Of a stretch of 64,000 bases of DNA, positions 54,863 through 63,349 are shown piece after piece. The stretch is from NCBI GenBank assembly GCA_001799995.1, contig MGUK01000007.1, positions 25,927 through 89,926 on the forward strand, in the 5' to 3' direction. This stretch comes from Elusimicrobia bacterium GWF2_62_30. Its GTDB lineage: Bacteria; Elusimicrobiota; Elusimicrobia; Elusimicrobiales; UBA9959. The notes beneath the pieces are model-generated. The model was not told the DNA's origin and ran no database searches. It saw only the letters and a program-made list of their open reading frames with translations. Each line of letters opens with the position of its first letter. The stretch's first letter is position 1. The position numbers were made by a program, and so were the translations under genes.

Positions 54863-55565
54863 GAACGACGCCGGAACCGGGGTGTTCAGCTGGCTTAAAC
54901 TTTCCTGGGACGATTATCTTACCGGCTTCTTTACCATCTTTCCCGTGCTGCTAACCCTGGCCGCGCTGAACGTGCCCATCTACTGGCTGGTCCGCGAATA
55001 CAATTCCTATCTGCCGGCGCTCATCTACCTGCTGCTGGTGGTTACCCCGTTCACCACCGGTTCCAACCTCGTCTATATCCGGCTCGCGCGGGGGGAAAAA
55101 ACCTCCTTCGCCGCCCTCTTCTCCGCTTTCCCCGTTTACCCCCAGGCGCTTGCCGTAAGCGCCTGGCTGGGTTTTATCACCCTGGCGGGAACGCTGGCCC
55201 TGGTCATCCCCGGGATCGTCATCTATACTACCTACTGCTTCAGCGAGTACTCCGTAGTGGACCGCCGTACCCCGATACGGGAGTCTTTCAGCCTCAGCTC
55301 CCGCATTACCCCGGGCTACAGGGATTCCCTGTTCCTTATAGTGGCGCTCACCACGGCGATAGACATCTTCACACCCAACCCGTTCGGCTTTACCGGCAAG
55401 ATGTCCGCGCCTGAACTGGCTTTCAACCTGGAGCCCTGGGTGATAGCCGGCTTCTGCCTTAAGACCCTGGTTTTCCTGCCCTGGCTGCATATGACCATGG
55501 CGCGCGCCTATATCACCCTTCTGCCCAGGGCAGCCCTGCCCGCAGCCGTGCAGGCCGATGACTGA
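54849..55565 (+). CDS. Hypothetical membrane protein (DUF975-like topology)
   Basis: Five or six hydrophobic helices. Overlaps the lipA end. Confidence 0.45.
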   Translation: MEPAENDAGTGVFSWLKLSWDDYLTGFFTIFPVLLTLAALNVPIYWLVREYNSYLPALIYLLLVVTPFTTGSNLVYIRLARGEKTSFAALFSAFPVYPQALAVSAWLGFITLAGTLALVIPGIVIYTTYCFSEYSVVDRRTPIRESFSLSSRITPGYRDSLFLIVALTTAIDIFTPNPFGFTGKMSAPELAFNLEPWVIAGFCLKTLVFLPWLHMTMARAYITLLPRAALPAAVQADD

Positions 55566-55622
55566 ACTTATTGACCAATGTCATAGGCCTTACGGCCCAC
55601 GCCGGGGAGCACCTAAAGCCTC

Positions 55623-55651
55623 TTAACCAACCGCGGCGTATGATATAGAAT
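55623..55651 (+). promoter_or_regulatory. Candidate sigma70-type promoter
   Basis: TTAACC (55623-55628), 17-nt spacer, TAGAAT (55646-55651). Followed by a GGAGGGAG RBS and the ATG at 55686. Confidence 0.4.
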
Positions 55652-55685
55652 ATAAGCGTAGAAGACAGTCAGGAGGGAGAAAAGA

Positions 55686-56558
55686 ATGAACAAATTAGCG
55701 ATAATAGCGGTCACCGCGCTCTGTGTTTCCACCGCGCAGGCAGCCGAGCTTAACGGGATTTTTGCCGCCGACGTTGCGGCCATAAAGATGGATGTTCCCG
55801 CCCCGGTCCTTCAGAAGACCGCCGACGCCCCCAAGTGCAACCACGTTACCGGCGAGATCGCCGCTAAACTGCACCTCCTGGCCCAGACCGCGAAAAGCCA
55901 GCTTTTCACCTTCGCCAAGACCGAAGCGGAGTTCAAAGAGTTCACCGATATGTGGACCCCGATCCTCGCCAAGTTCGACATGAAGGTCATAGGCAGGACC
56001 TACGACCCCAAGGTCGGTTTCGGCACGCTGCAGTACGTTTCCGCCGACGGCAGCGTGGTGCGCGAATTCCAGGTGGACGGCATGACTTACGACGCCCTCA
56101 GCCAGCCCGCCATGGACAAGCTCAAGCATGAGCTGCTCGAGCCGCTTGAAAAAGCCGGCCTGACCCCGGTAGCCGTCCTCGACATCAAGAACCCCATCTT
56201 CAGGCCCACCTTCCGCATCTATTACCTCACCAAGCCCGAAGAGAACATGGACCGCGAAGCGCAGCTCCGCCAGCTCAAGAACGGCGACGACATCGACTTC
56301 GACCTGCTGGCCAACGCCGTGAACATCGTCAAGAAGGACGCTACCTTCTCGATGGTCTACATCGGCAAGCTGGTCGGTTCCAAGTCGAAGCTCGCCAAAG
56401 ACGAACTTTCCGCCACGATGAGCATAGCCAAGTACAAGGAATTCCTGGCGGAGAACAAGAAAGAGTTCATCGCCTCCAGGACCTCCAAGCTGGACAAGCC
56501 TTTCACGGTGGGCGAGAACACCTACAACTTCGTGTACAGCGTCTACTTCTTCCAGTAA
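55686..56558 (+). CDS. Secreted hypothetical protein
   Basis: Signal peptide MNKLAIIAVTALCVSTAQA. Normal (non-GC-artefact) amino-acid composition. Bracketed by a promoter and a strong terminator. Confidence 0.6.
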   Translation: MNKLAIIAVTALCVSTAQAAELNGIFAADVAAIKMDVPAPVLQKTADAPKCNHVTGEIAAKLHLLAQTAKSQLFTFAKTEAEFKEFTDMWTPILAKFDMKVIGRTYDPKVGFGTLQYVSADGSVVREFQVDGMTYDALSQPAMDKLKHELLEPLEKAGLTPVAVLDIKNPIFRPTFRIYYLTKPEENMDREAQLRQLKNGDDIDFDLLANAVNIVKKDATFSMVYIGKLVGSKSKLAKDELSATMSIAKYKEFLAENKKEFIASRTSKLDKPFTVGENTYNFVYSVYFFQ

Positions 56559-56580
56559 GACAGGAAGCCCGGACAATAAA

Positions 56581-56615
56581 AGAACGAGGGCGGAAATCCG
56601 CCCTCGTTCTTTTTT
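56581..56615. terminator. Bidirectional rho-independent terminator
   Basis: Perfect 13-bp stem agaacgagggcgg-aaat-ccgccctcgttct followed by TTTTT, with an A-rich run upstream for the opposite strand. Confidence 0.85.
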
Positions 56616-56633
56616 GTACCGTCGGTCAAGCTA

Positions 56634-57188
56634 TCAGAGTCCCAGCTCTCCTGCCACCCCGCGCATAGCCTCAAGGGAAAGAGCCGCGAATTCCTCCAGC
56701 GGTATCCCTATCTCGGCGCATTCCCGTATAACGTCCCTGTCCACCGACGCGGCGAAGCGCCTGTCGCCCATGCGCTTTACCACGGAAGAGACCTTCACGC
56801 TTGAAAGCTTTTTATCCGGGTAGACCAGGGCCGTGGCGGTTATCAGGCCGGTCATTGTTTCCCCGGCGGCCAGCGCCTTGTGGAACAGCTCCGAGCGGGC
56901 TTTGCCGTGCGCGGAAGCGTTGTGCATCTTTACCGCTTCCACCAGTTCGGCGGGCAGCCCGTTCTCCGCCAGGATGCGGGCCGCTTCGTGCGTGTGGCGC
57001 ATAATATCGCCGGCGGTAATTTCCACGTCGATATCGTGCAGGAGGCCCGTAAGCCCCCACAGTTCGGGGTCGCCGCCCAGGCGGGCCGCGAGGGCCCGCA
57101 TGACCGCTTCCGAAGCTATGCAGTGCTTCACGAGGTTCTCGTTCTTCACGTGCTGCCGCAGCAGCTCCAGGGCTTTGTTCCTGTCCAT
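56634..57188 (-). CDS. HD (HDIG-type) domain phosphohydrolase
   Basis: MDRNKALELLRQHVKNENLVKHCIASEAVM...GLLHDID HD motif. Track ORF (to 57614) trimmed to the ATG at 57188. Confidence 0.7.
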   Translation of the reverse strand: MDRNKALELLRQHVKNENLVKHCIASEAVMRALAARLGGDPELWGLTGLLHDIDVEITAGDIMRHTHEAARILAENGLPAELVEAVKMHNASAHGKARSELFHKALAAGETMTGLITATALVYPDKKLSSVKVSSVVKRMGDRRFAASVDRDVIRECAEIGIPLEEFAALSLEAMRGVAGELGL

Positions 57189-57208
57189 AAGGTCACCTGC
57201 CTTAAAAG

Positions 57209-58609
57209 TTAAAACTCGGCGTAGCCGGGCACGCGCGGGAAAGCGGTCACGTCGCGGATGTTGGAGATGCCGGTAATAAGCATCATCATGCGCTCGAAGC
57301 CCATGCCGAAGCCCGAGTGGGGCACCGAGCCGAAGCGCCGCAGGTCCAGGAACCACTGGTAGTCCTCTACTTTCATTTTCAGGTCGCGCATGCGGGCCTC
57401 CAGCACTTCCAGCCTGTTCTCGCGCTCGCTGGCGCCTATGATCTCGCCTATGCGCGGCACCAGCACGTCCATACCGCGCACGGTCCTGCCGTCGTCTTCG
57501 AGCTTCATGTAGAACGCGGCCACTTCCTTGGGCTTGTTGTGCAGCATCACGGGCTTCTTGAAATGCTGCTCCACCAGGAAGCGCTCGTGCTCGCTGGCCA
57601 GGTCCACGCCCCATTTCACCTTCACCTCGAAGCGGTCGTTGACCGGCTCCAGGATCTTCACGGCTTCGGCATAGGGCAGCCGCTCGAACTTGTTCTCCAG
57701 GATGTTCCTGAGGTTGTCCATCAGCGCCGGCTCCACGAACTTAGCGAACAGCTCGATATCCGACGGGCATTTTTCCAGCACGCTTTTCGTGATGGACTTG
57801 ATAAAGTCCTCGGCCAGGTCCATGTCGTCGGCCAGCTCGTAGAAAGCCATCTCCGGCTCTATCTGCCAGAACTCGGAGCAGTGGCGGTAGGTGTTGGAAT
57901 TCTCGGCGCGGAACGTGGGGCCGAAGGTGTAGATCTTGCCGAGGGCCAGCGCCAGGGCCTCGCCCTCCATCTGCCCCGAGACCGTCATGCCGACCTTCTT
58001 GCCGAAGAGGTCCTTCGAAAAGTCTATCTCGCCAGCTTCGTTCTTAGGGATGCCGGCCAGCTTCGTCAGGTCGAAGGCGGTGGCCGTGAACATCTGGCCC
58101 GCGCCCTCGCAGTCCGAGGCGGTGAAAATGGGCGTATGGACGTAGGTAAAGCCGTTGTCGCGGAAATAGCTGTGTACCGCGAAGGCCAGCTCGGAGCGGA
58201 CGCGCAGCATGGCCGCGTACTTGTTGGTGCGCGGGCGCAGGTGCGCCACGGTGCGCAGGAACTCGTCGGAGGTCTTCTTCTTCTGGATCGGGTATTTCTC
58301 CGGGTCGCAGCCGCCGTAGATCTTCACCTGTTTGGCGGCCAGCTCTATCTTCTGCCCGGCGCCGGGGGAAGCCACCAGGTCGCCCAGTATTTCCACCGCC
58401 GCGCCTGTCACCAGCGCGGGCAGCACGGAGGCGAAGTCCCCGTTCTCAGGTGAAAATATCACCTGCAGGCTCTCGCGGCAGGAGCCGTCGTTGAGCTCCG
58501 CGAAGGAGTGGGTTTTGGAGTCGCGGCGCGTTTTTATCCAGCCGCGCGCGGCCACGCCCTTGTCGGGCGAGCCTTTCTTGAGAATTTCACGTATGGTAGG
58601 AACAGCCAT
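57209..58609 (-). CDS. asnS: Asparagine--tRNA ligase
   Basis: OB-fold N-terminus (GWIKTRRDSKTHSFAELNDGS), FRAENSNTYRHCSEFWQIEPE motif 2, and GFGMGFERMMM motif 3. Confidence 0.92.
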   Translation of the reverse strand: MAVPTIREILKKGSPDKGVAARGWIKTRRDSKTHSFAELNDGSCRESLQVIFSPENGDFASVLPALVTGAAVEILGDLVASPGAGQKIELAAKQVKIYGGCDPEKYPIQKKKTSDEFLRTVAHLRPRTNKYAAMLRVRSELAFAVHSYFRDNGFTYVHTPIFTASDCEGAGQMFTATAFDLTKLAGIPKNEAGEIDFSKDLFGKKVGMTVSGQMEGEALALALGKIYTFGPTFRAENSNTYRHCSEFWQIEPEMAFYELADDMDLAEDFIKSITKSVLEKCPSDIELFAKFVEPALMDNLRNILENKFERLPYAEAVKILEPVNDRFEVKVKWGVDLASEHERFLVEQHFKKPVMLHNKPKEVAAFYMKLEDDGRTVRGMDVLVPRIGEIIGASERENRLEVLEARMRDLKMKVEDYQWFLDLRRFGSVPHSGFGMGFERMMMLITGISNIRDVTAFPRVPGYAEF

Positions 58610-58666
58610 GGTACCGCCAGTGCGCCGCTGACGGCGGACGACTGCGGTCCCGCCGCCATACGACGC

Positions 58667-59197
58667 TTATTTTTTATTTTTCTTGGGATCTTCCGGAACG
58701 GCGCAGACGGCTACGAGCTCCAGTTCGCAGGTCTTGTCCTCGCCGCTGTATTCCTCGAGGACAAGGCCGGTGCCGGGCGCGTAATAGCGCACGGACTTGC
58801 CCGCGTCGCCGCCGGCCAGCATCGTCACTATCTTCATGCATTTCGCGAACTTGCCAGCCTTGATGGAAACCTTGTCGGAAAGGGAGATCACCTCGCAGGA
58901 GTCCGGGGCTTCGGTCCACTTCGCCCCTTCCTTGACCGGGAGGGGGAACTCGCGGCGGCCGCCGGTTATAACGCCGTCGGTGGTGGTGAGCCACTTGGCG
59001 TCGCGGGTTACGGTATACTGGGTGGTATGGGAATCGCGCAGCTCGAAGATCATCCTGGCCTGCGCCAAGGCCTTGCCGGCTTTTTTCTTCACTTCGAGTA
59101 TGTCGATGAAGATCTTCGCCGTTCCTTCGAACTCGGAACTGGTGAACTTATACTCGTAGCGGGTCTTCTCTTTAAGCGGGAAATAATCTGCCGGCAT
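58667..59197 (-). CDS. Hypothetical protein (176 aa)
   Basis: GGAGAAAAAAATG RBS and start at 59197. The track ORF extension to 59272 runs into the tRNA-derived sequence and is rejected. Confidence 0.55.
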   Translation of the reverse strand: MPADYFPLKEKTRYEYKFTSSEFEGTAKIFIDILEVKKKAGKALAQARMIFELRDSHTTQYTVTRDAKWLTTTDGVITGGRREFPLPVKEGAKWTEAPDSCEVISLSDKVSIKAGKFAKCMKIVTMLAGGDAGKSVRYYAPGTGLVLEEYSGEDKTCELELVAVCAVPEDPKKNKK

Positions 59198-59226
59198 TTT
59201 TTTCTCCACCCTAGCCTGTAAGAATC

Positions 59227-59338
59227 TGGTGGACGTGACAGGGATCGAACCTGCGACCTCCTCGTTGCTCACTCGGCCTCTGGCGGCCTTCCGGCCGCCA
59301 GCGCCTCGTTCGAGGATACACGTCTCTGCTGCTACTCT
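59227..59338 (-). pseudogene. tRNA-Ala-derived unit d: exact 41-nt tRNA 3' part (anticodon-loop CAA to CCA) preceded by a hairpin insert and a degenerate 5' part
   Basis: 59227-59267 is identical to the 3' 41 nt of the intact tRNA. Upstream on the minus strand: CCTCG-AA-CGAGG, then GC-rich insert containing the CTGGCGGCC-GGAA-GGCCGCCAG hairpin. Confidence 0.7.
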
Positions 59339-59345
59339 AAAGATC

Positions 59346-59421
59346 TGGTGGACGTGACAGGGATCGAACCTGCGACCTCCTCGTTGCGAACGAGGCGCTC
59401 TCCCAACTGAGCTACACGCCC
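59346..59421 (-). tRNA. tRNA-Ala (anticodon CGC), CCA encoded
   Basis: GGGCGTGTAGCTCAGTTGGGAGAGCGCCTCGTTCGCAACGAGGAGGTCGCAGGTTCGATCCCTGTCACGTCCACCA folds into a full cloverleaf with the G3:U70 alanine identity pair and anticodon loop TTCGCAA. Confidence 0.92.
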
Positions 59422-59531
59422 AAATCTGTTTCGGAGATCGAACCTGCGACCTCCTCGTTGCTCACTTCGGGCTCGGCGTCCTGCTGGCCGCCAGCGCCCT
59501 GCGGGCGCTCTCCCAACTGAGCTACACGCCC
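59422..59531 (-). pseudogene. tRNA-Ala-derived unit b (110 nt): 5' 28 nt and internal 26 nt of the tRNA, 42-nt insert at the anticodon position, no 3' acceptor strand
   Basis: GGGCGTGTAGCTCAGTTGGGAGAGCGCC + CGCAGGGCGCTGGCGGCCAGCAGGACGCCGAGCCCGAAGTGA + GCAACGAGGAGGTCGCAGGTTCGATC + TCCGAAACAGATTT. Confidence 0.75.
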
Positions 59532-59641
59532 AAATCTGTTTCGGAGATCGACCCTGCGACCTCCTCGTTGCTCACTTCGGGCTCGGCGTCCTGCTGGCCG
59601 CCAGCGCCCTCCGGGCGCTCTCCCAACTGAGCTACACGCCC
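59532..59641 (-). pseudogene. tRNA-Ala-derived unit a (110 nt), tandem copy of unit b
   Basis: Differs from unit b at two positions (GCA to GGA in the hairpin triloop, and GGTTCG to GGGTCG). Begins 10 nt after the mltG stop. Confidence 0.75.
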
Positions 59642-59650
59642 AAAAAACGT

Positions 59651-60619
59651 TTATTTCCCTTCTTTCGCCGCTTTCTCTATGCTCTTCTTGGCTTTAAGAT
59701 GCTCTTTAAAATTCGCGTTAAAGATGTGCTTTCCTTTACGGTCGGCCACAAAATACAGCGCGTCGAAATTAGCCGGCGCCAGGGCCGCTTCTATCGAACT
59801 GCGGCCGGGGTTGCATATCGGCCCCGGGGGAAGCCCGTTCACGACATACGTGTTGTAAGGCGACTTGACCTTGAGGTCCTTGTACGTAAGCCCCTTCTTC
59901 CAGTACGTCTGCCCTTTTTCCGAGTAGCCGAGAGCGTACTGCGTGGTCGGGTCGGCCTCAAGCGCCATCTTCCTGCGGTAGCGGTTGATGTACACCGCCG
60001 CTATCAGCGGCCGCTCGCTGTCATCCACCGCCTCGCGCTCCACTATGGACGCTATAATGAGGGTTTTCGGCTCATCCAGCCCCGCGGCGAAACCTTTAGA
60101 GAACAGAGACCTTACCTGCCTGTCGAATTCTGATTTTAGCAAATTTATCACTTCCTGCGGCGGCATATTTTTTTTCAGATGGTACGTCGAAGGGAAAAGA
60201 TAGCCCTCCAGCTTCTGAGCGCGGGCCAGCTCCAGGAACTTCGCCGCCGGGGCGATACCGTTGGCCTCGAGTCTTTCGGCCACCTGCTCCATGCGCCACC
60301 CTTCAGGCAGCACCACTTTCACGGAGGTTATATAGACGCTGTGCGTCAGCCGCCACAGGGCTTCTTCCGCCGACATATATTCCCGCAGGGAATATTCCCC
60401 GGGCATTATGCGCTTGCCGGTGCCGGTCACCTTCACCAGCAGCTTGAACCAGGTCCCGCTCAGGATGATGCCCCGCTCCTTGAGTATGGCGGCGGCCTGC
60501 CTTGCGGTAGCGCCTTCCGGGATGGCGACCGCAGCCGGTTTACCGGGCCAGAAAAGATAGACCGAGAGGAGCAGCAGCGCTGCCGCGGTGAAACCCAGAA
60601 GTAATTTAAATTTCCTCAT
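59651..60619 (-). CDS. mltG: Endolytic murein transglycosylase MltG (YceG-like)
   Basis: N-terminal TM helix. EGYLFPSTY, ASIVEREA and SPYNTYVVNGLPPGPICNPG motifs. Confidence 0.88.
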   Translation of the reverse strand: MRKFKLLLGFTAAALLLLSVYLFWPGKPAAVAIPEGATARQAAAILKERGIILSGTWFKLLVKVTGTGKRIMPGEYSLREYMSAEEALWRLTHSVYITSVKVVLPEGWRMEQVAERLEANGIAPAAKFLELARAQKLEGYLFPSTYHLKKNMPPQEVINLLKSEFDRQVRSLFSKGFAAGLDEPKTLIIASIVEREAVDDSERPLIAAVYINRYRRKMALEADPTTQYALGYSEKGQTYWKKGLTYKDLKVKSPYNTYVVNGLPPGPICNPGRSSIEAALAPANFDALYFVADRKGKHIFNANFKEHLKAKKSIEKAAKEGK

Positions 60620-61176
60620 AAAAGACTTTTCGAGACTATCTTCCTGTACACCGGCCCTTCCGGGGAACTCACGCTCTGCATAAGGTCCACCGAAGCTATC
60701 GCCGAAGAAACCCTTTTGGCGGAAGCGTAATCCGCGGCCCTCCGAAAAAAGTTATCGGGCAACTGGCGTTTTACCCGGCCCAGCGTGATATGCGGCTCAA
60801 AACGGTCCTCGAACTGTATCCCGCCCGCCGTAAGGGCCTCCGCCAGCCTGCCATTGACGCCACGCAGGAGTTCCGCTCCTTCCGCCACGGATATCCACAG
60901 CACCCTGGGATTCCGGGAAGAGGGGAAGGCCCCGAGCCCTCCCGAGCCCACCCTGAACGCGCGGCAGCCTTCCAGTGCCGACTCCATGATGCGCGCTACC
61001 GGGGCCGCGTCCGGGACCTCGCCCAGGAAGACATACGTAAGGTGGAGGTTGCGGCCTTCCACCCATTTTACGCTGTCTTTGCCCGCCTTATCCCGCGCGT
61101 AGTCACGGATATCTTCCAGCACTTTGAGAAAACCCGGTTCGAACGACGAAGCGATGAAAAGCCTCATCCCGGTCAT
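60616..61176 (-). CDS. thpR: RNA 2',3'-cyclic phosphodiesterase (2H phosphoesterase, ThpR/LigT)
   Basis: Two HxT/S motifs: NLHLTYVFLGE and EPHITLGR. MRLFIA N-terminus. Confidence 0.8.
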   Translation of the reverse strand: MTGMRLFIASSFEPGFLKVLEDIRDYARDKAGKDSVKWVEGRNLHLTYVFLGEVPDAAPVARIMESALEGCRAFRVGSGGLGAFPSSRNPRVLWISVAEGAELLRGVNGRLAEALTAGGIQFEDRFEPHITLGRVKRQLPDNFFRRAADYASAKRVSSAIASVDLMQSVSSPEGPVYRKIVSKSLL

Positions 61177-62099
61177 TCTCCCTGGGTGTCGTCCTGGAAT
61201 TCCTCCTGCGGCCGCTCCGCAGCTTTACTGCGTGAAGGCTTCTTGCGCCCGGCCCGGCCGCCTTTTTTGGACGAGCCGCTGCCGAGCTTCCTGTGCAGCA
61301 CCTTGCGCTTTAGCGCCGCGTCGCGCATATCCTTGCGGGCCGCCGCCGTAACGGGCTTCCAGGTCTTCCTCAGTTCGGTGATCCTGGCGCGCATCGTGGA
61401 GACTTCGGTGCGGTGCCGGGACATGCGGGAAAGCTTGACCGCCCGGAACCGCTTCTGCGAAGGGTTGAAAAAGAGCTCCATGTTCTTTTCCAGCACGTAG
61501 TCCTCGCCGGGGTTGCCCGTATCGTCGAAGGGGTTGACGGTGACGCGGCCCTCGTCGAAAGTTCCCGCGCCGGTGTCCTTGCCCAGCTGCGAGTACTCCA
61601 CGGCGAATTCTGCCCCCGTCACGGCGCAGACGGCGGAGGGGGTGCGCACCTGCGCTTTATACTTGGGGTTGAGCTGGTGCCCTATCTTGCCGGAAAGAGA
61701 GCCGGACTTGAGGGTAAAAACCGTATCGGTCTGGTCGATGGAAGAGATGCGAAACTCCGTATTCCTGCCCACGTAAATAGCCGCTTTTGCGTCCAGGTAC
61801 AGTTCAGCCACCCCGTCCGAGCCGGTCTTGACCCAGTCGGAAGCGTTCAGTGGCATCACGCCGGTTATGCTCGACCATTCTCCGCCTTCCGACGCCTTTA
61901 CGCTTACCGTTCCGGAAACGCGTTTAAGGCGCGCGTCCCAGTTCTCCGCCTGGTCCTGCCGGTAATTGCGGGTCTTCATGGCCTCTTCCGTCATGGCCCG
62001 GTACTCGTCCTGGGTATAGACTTTGGACGGGGTCTGGGCATACGACATTGCCGCGGCCGCAAGGACCGAAGCGCACAGATAAAATATCCTGATTCTCAC
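61173..62099 (-). CDS. Secreted FecR-domain protein with basic C-terminal tail
   Basis: GTG start with GGAGG RBS and a signal peptide. FecR-like segment GTVSVKASEGGEWSSITGVMPLNASDWVKTGSDGVAELYLD. Confidence 0.55.
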   Translation of the reverse strand: MRIRIFYLCASVLAAAAMSYAQTPSKVYTQDEYRAMTEEAMKTRNYRQDQAENWDARLKRVSGTVSVKASEGGEWSSITGVMPLNASDWVKTGSDGVAELYLDAKAAIYVGRNTEFRISSIDQTDTVFTLKSGSLSGKIGHQLNPKYKAQVRTPSAVCAVTGAEFAVEYSQLGKDTGAGTFDEGRVTVNPFDDTGNPGEDYVLEKNMELFFNPSQKRFRAVKLSRMSRHRTEVSTMRARITELRKTWKPVTAAARKDMRDAALKRKVLHRKLGSGSSKKGGRAGRKKPSRSKAAERPQEEFQDDTQGE

Positions 62100-62126
62100 C
62101 TTACCTCCCGCTCCCCGGACGGTTCA

Positions 62127-63299
62127 CTACTTTACCACCTTGCGGAAAGCTCTCCGCCCCACCTGCAGCACGCATTCGCGCGGCTCGAACTGTATATCCT
62201 CGGCGACTTTCTCGCCGTCGATGCGCACCGCGCCCTGCGTTATCAGGCGGCGGGCCTCGTTCATCCCCTTGGCCATGCCGGAGGCCACTATCAGGTAGGA
62301 AAGCTTGCCGGGCTTTTCCGCGCGGAAGGTTTCCATCTCGTCGGGGATCTCCTTGCGGGAGAAGACCTGTTCAAAATGCGCGCGGGCGGCCGCGGCCTGT
62401 TCCGCGCCGTGGTAGCGCGCCGTTATCAGCCCCGCCAGCTTCTTTTTAGCTTCCATCGGGTGCGCGGCCTTCACGGCGGCCAGGTCTTCCGAGGTCAGCA
62501 GCTCGTAATAGTTGTACATCAGCGCGTCCGGGAGGGACATCAGTTTCCCGAACATGTCGTTCGGCTCGTCGTTAAAAGCCACGTAATTGCCGAGGGACTT
62601 GGACATTTTCTTTACGCCGTCGGTCCCTACCAGCAGCGGCAGCGTCATCACTACCTGCGGCTCAAGCCCGTTAAGCTTCTGCATGTCGCGGCCCATCAGC
62701 ACGTTAAGGCGCTGGTCCTGGCCGCCCAGCTCGATATCGGCTTTCACGGCCACCGAATCGTAGCCCTGGAACACCGGGTACAGGATCTCCAGCAGGCTTA
62801 GCGGGTTGCCTTCCTCGAGGCGCGCCTTGAAGTCCTCGCGCCCCAGCAGCGTGGCCATGGTCACGCTCTTGGCGGTCATTATAAAATCGGAGCCGGCGGC
62901 GGATCGGCCGCCCATGAAGGGCTTGAGCCATTCGCTGTTGAAGCGGATCTCGGTGCGCTCACGGTCCAGGATCTTGTAGGCCTGCTCGGTATAGGTCTTG
63001 GCATTGGCGGCCACCGTCTCCGCGTCGAGAACGGGGCGGGTGGAGTCCCGCCCGGACGGGTCGCCTACCTGCGCGGTGAAATCGCCTATGATCAGGACGG
63101 CGGTATGGCCCAGGTCCTGGAACTGGCGCAGCTTGTCGAGCACCACGCTGTGGCCCAGGTGCAGGTCGCGGCTGCTGGGGTCCACGCCAAGCTTTACGCG
63201 CAGCTTCTTGCCGGAAGACAGCTTCTTGGCCAGCTCCTCGCGGCTAACGATGTCCACGGTGCCGCGCAATAGTGCCTGCAGGTTGGCTTCGGTCGTCAT
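62127..63299 (-). CDS. tyrS: Tyrosine--tRNA ligase
   Basis: HLGH (class I HIGH) in DLHLGHSVVL, KMSKS present, and a C-terminal S4 domain. Track ORF trimmed from 63353 to the ATG at 63299. Confidence 0.9.
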   Translation of the reverse strand: MTTEANLQALLRGTVDIVSREELAKKLSSGKKLRVKLGVDPSSRDLHLGHSVVLDKLRQFQDLGHTAVLIIGDFTAQVGDPSGRDSTRPVLDAETVAANAKTYTEQAYKILDRERTEIRFNSEWLKPFMGGRSAAGSDFIMTAKSVTMATLLGREDFKARLEEGNPLSLLEILYPVFQGYDSVAVKADIELGGQDQRLNVLMGRDMQKLNGLEPQVVMTLPLLVGTDGVKKMSKSLGNYVAFNDEPNDMFGKLMSLPDALMYNYYELLTSEDLAAVKAAHPMEAKKKLAGLITARYHGAEQAAAARAHFEQVFSRKEIPDEMETFRAEKPGKLSYLIVASGMAKGMNEARRLITQGAVRIDGEKVAEDIQFEPRECVLQVGRRAFRKVVK

Positions 63300-63349
63300 A
63301 ATAGACAATTGTATTATTTTTAGCCGCCGCCGCGCGAGTGCGGGGGAGT

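Noticed and set aside
59227-59338. Unit d as a functional tRNA-like or tmRNA-like gene. AGACGTG can pair 6/7 with the CACGTCC acceptor 3' strand, and the tRNA-Ala-like 3' end recalls tmRNA.
   Set aside because: It has no canonical D-arm or anticodon arm, an A1:C72 mismatch, and no tag-peptide reading frame. At about 110 nt it is far too short for tmRNA. It is best explained as a decayed duplicate.
59422-59641. The possibility that the 110-bp tandem repeat is a CRISPR array or other spacer-repeat system.
   Set aside because: There are only two units. They are contiguous without unique spacers, the unit length is far above CRISPR repeats, and the content is clearly tRNA-derived.
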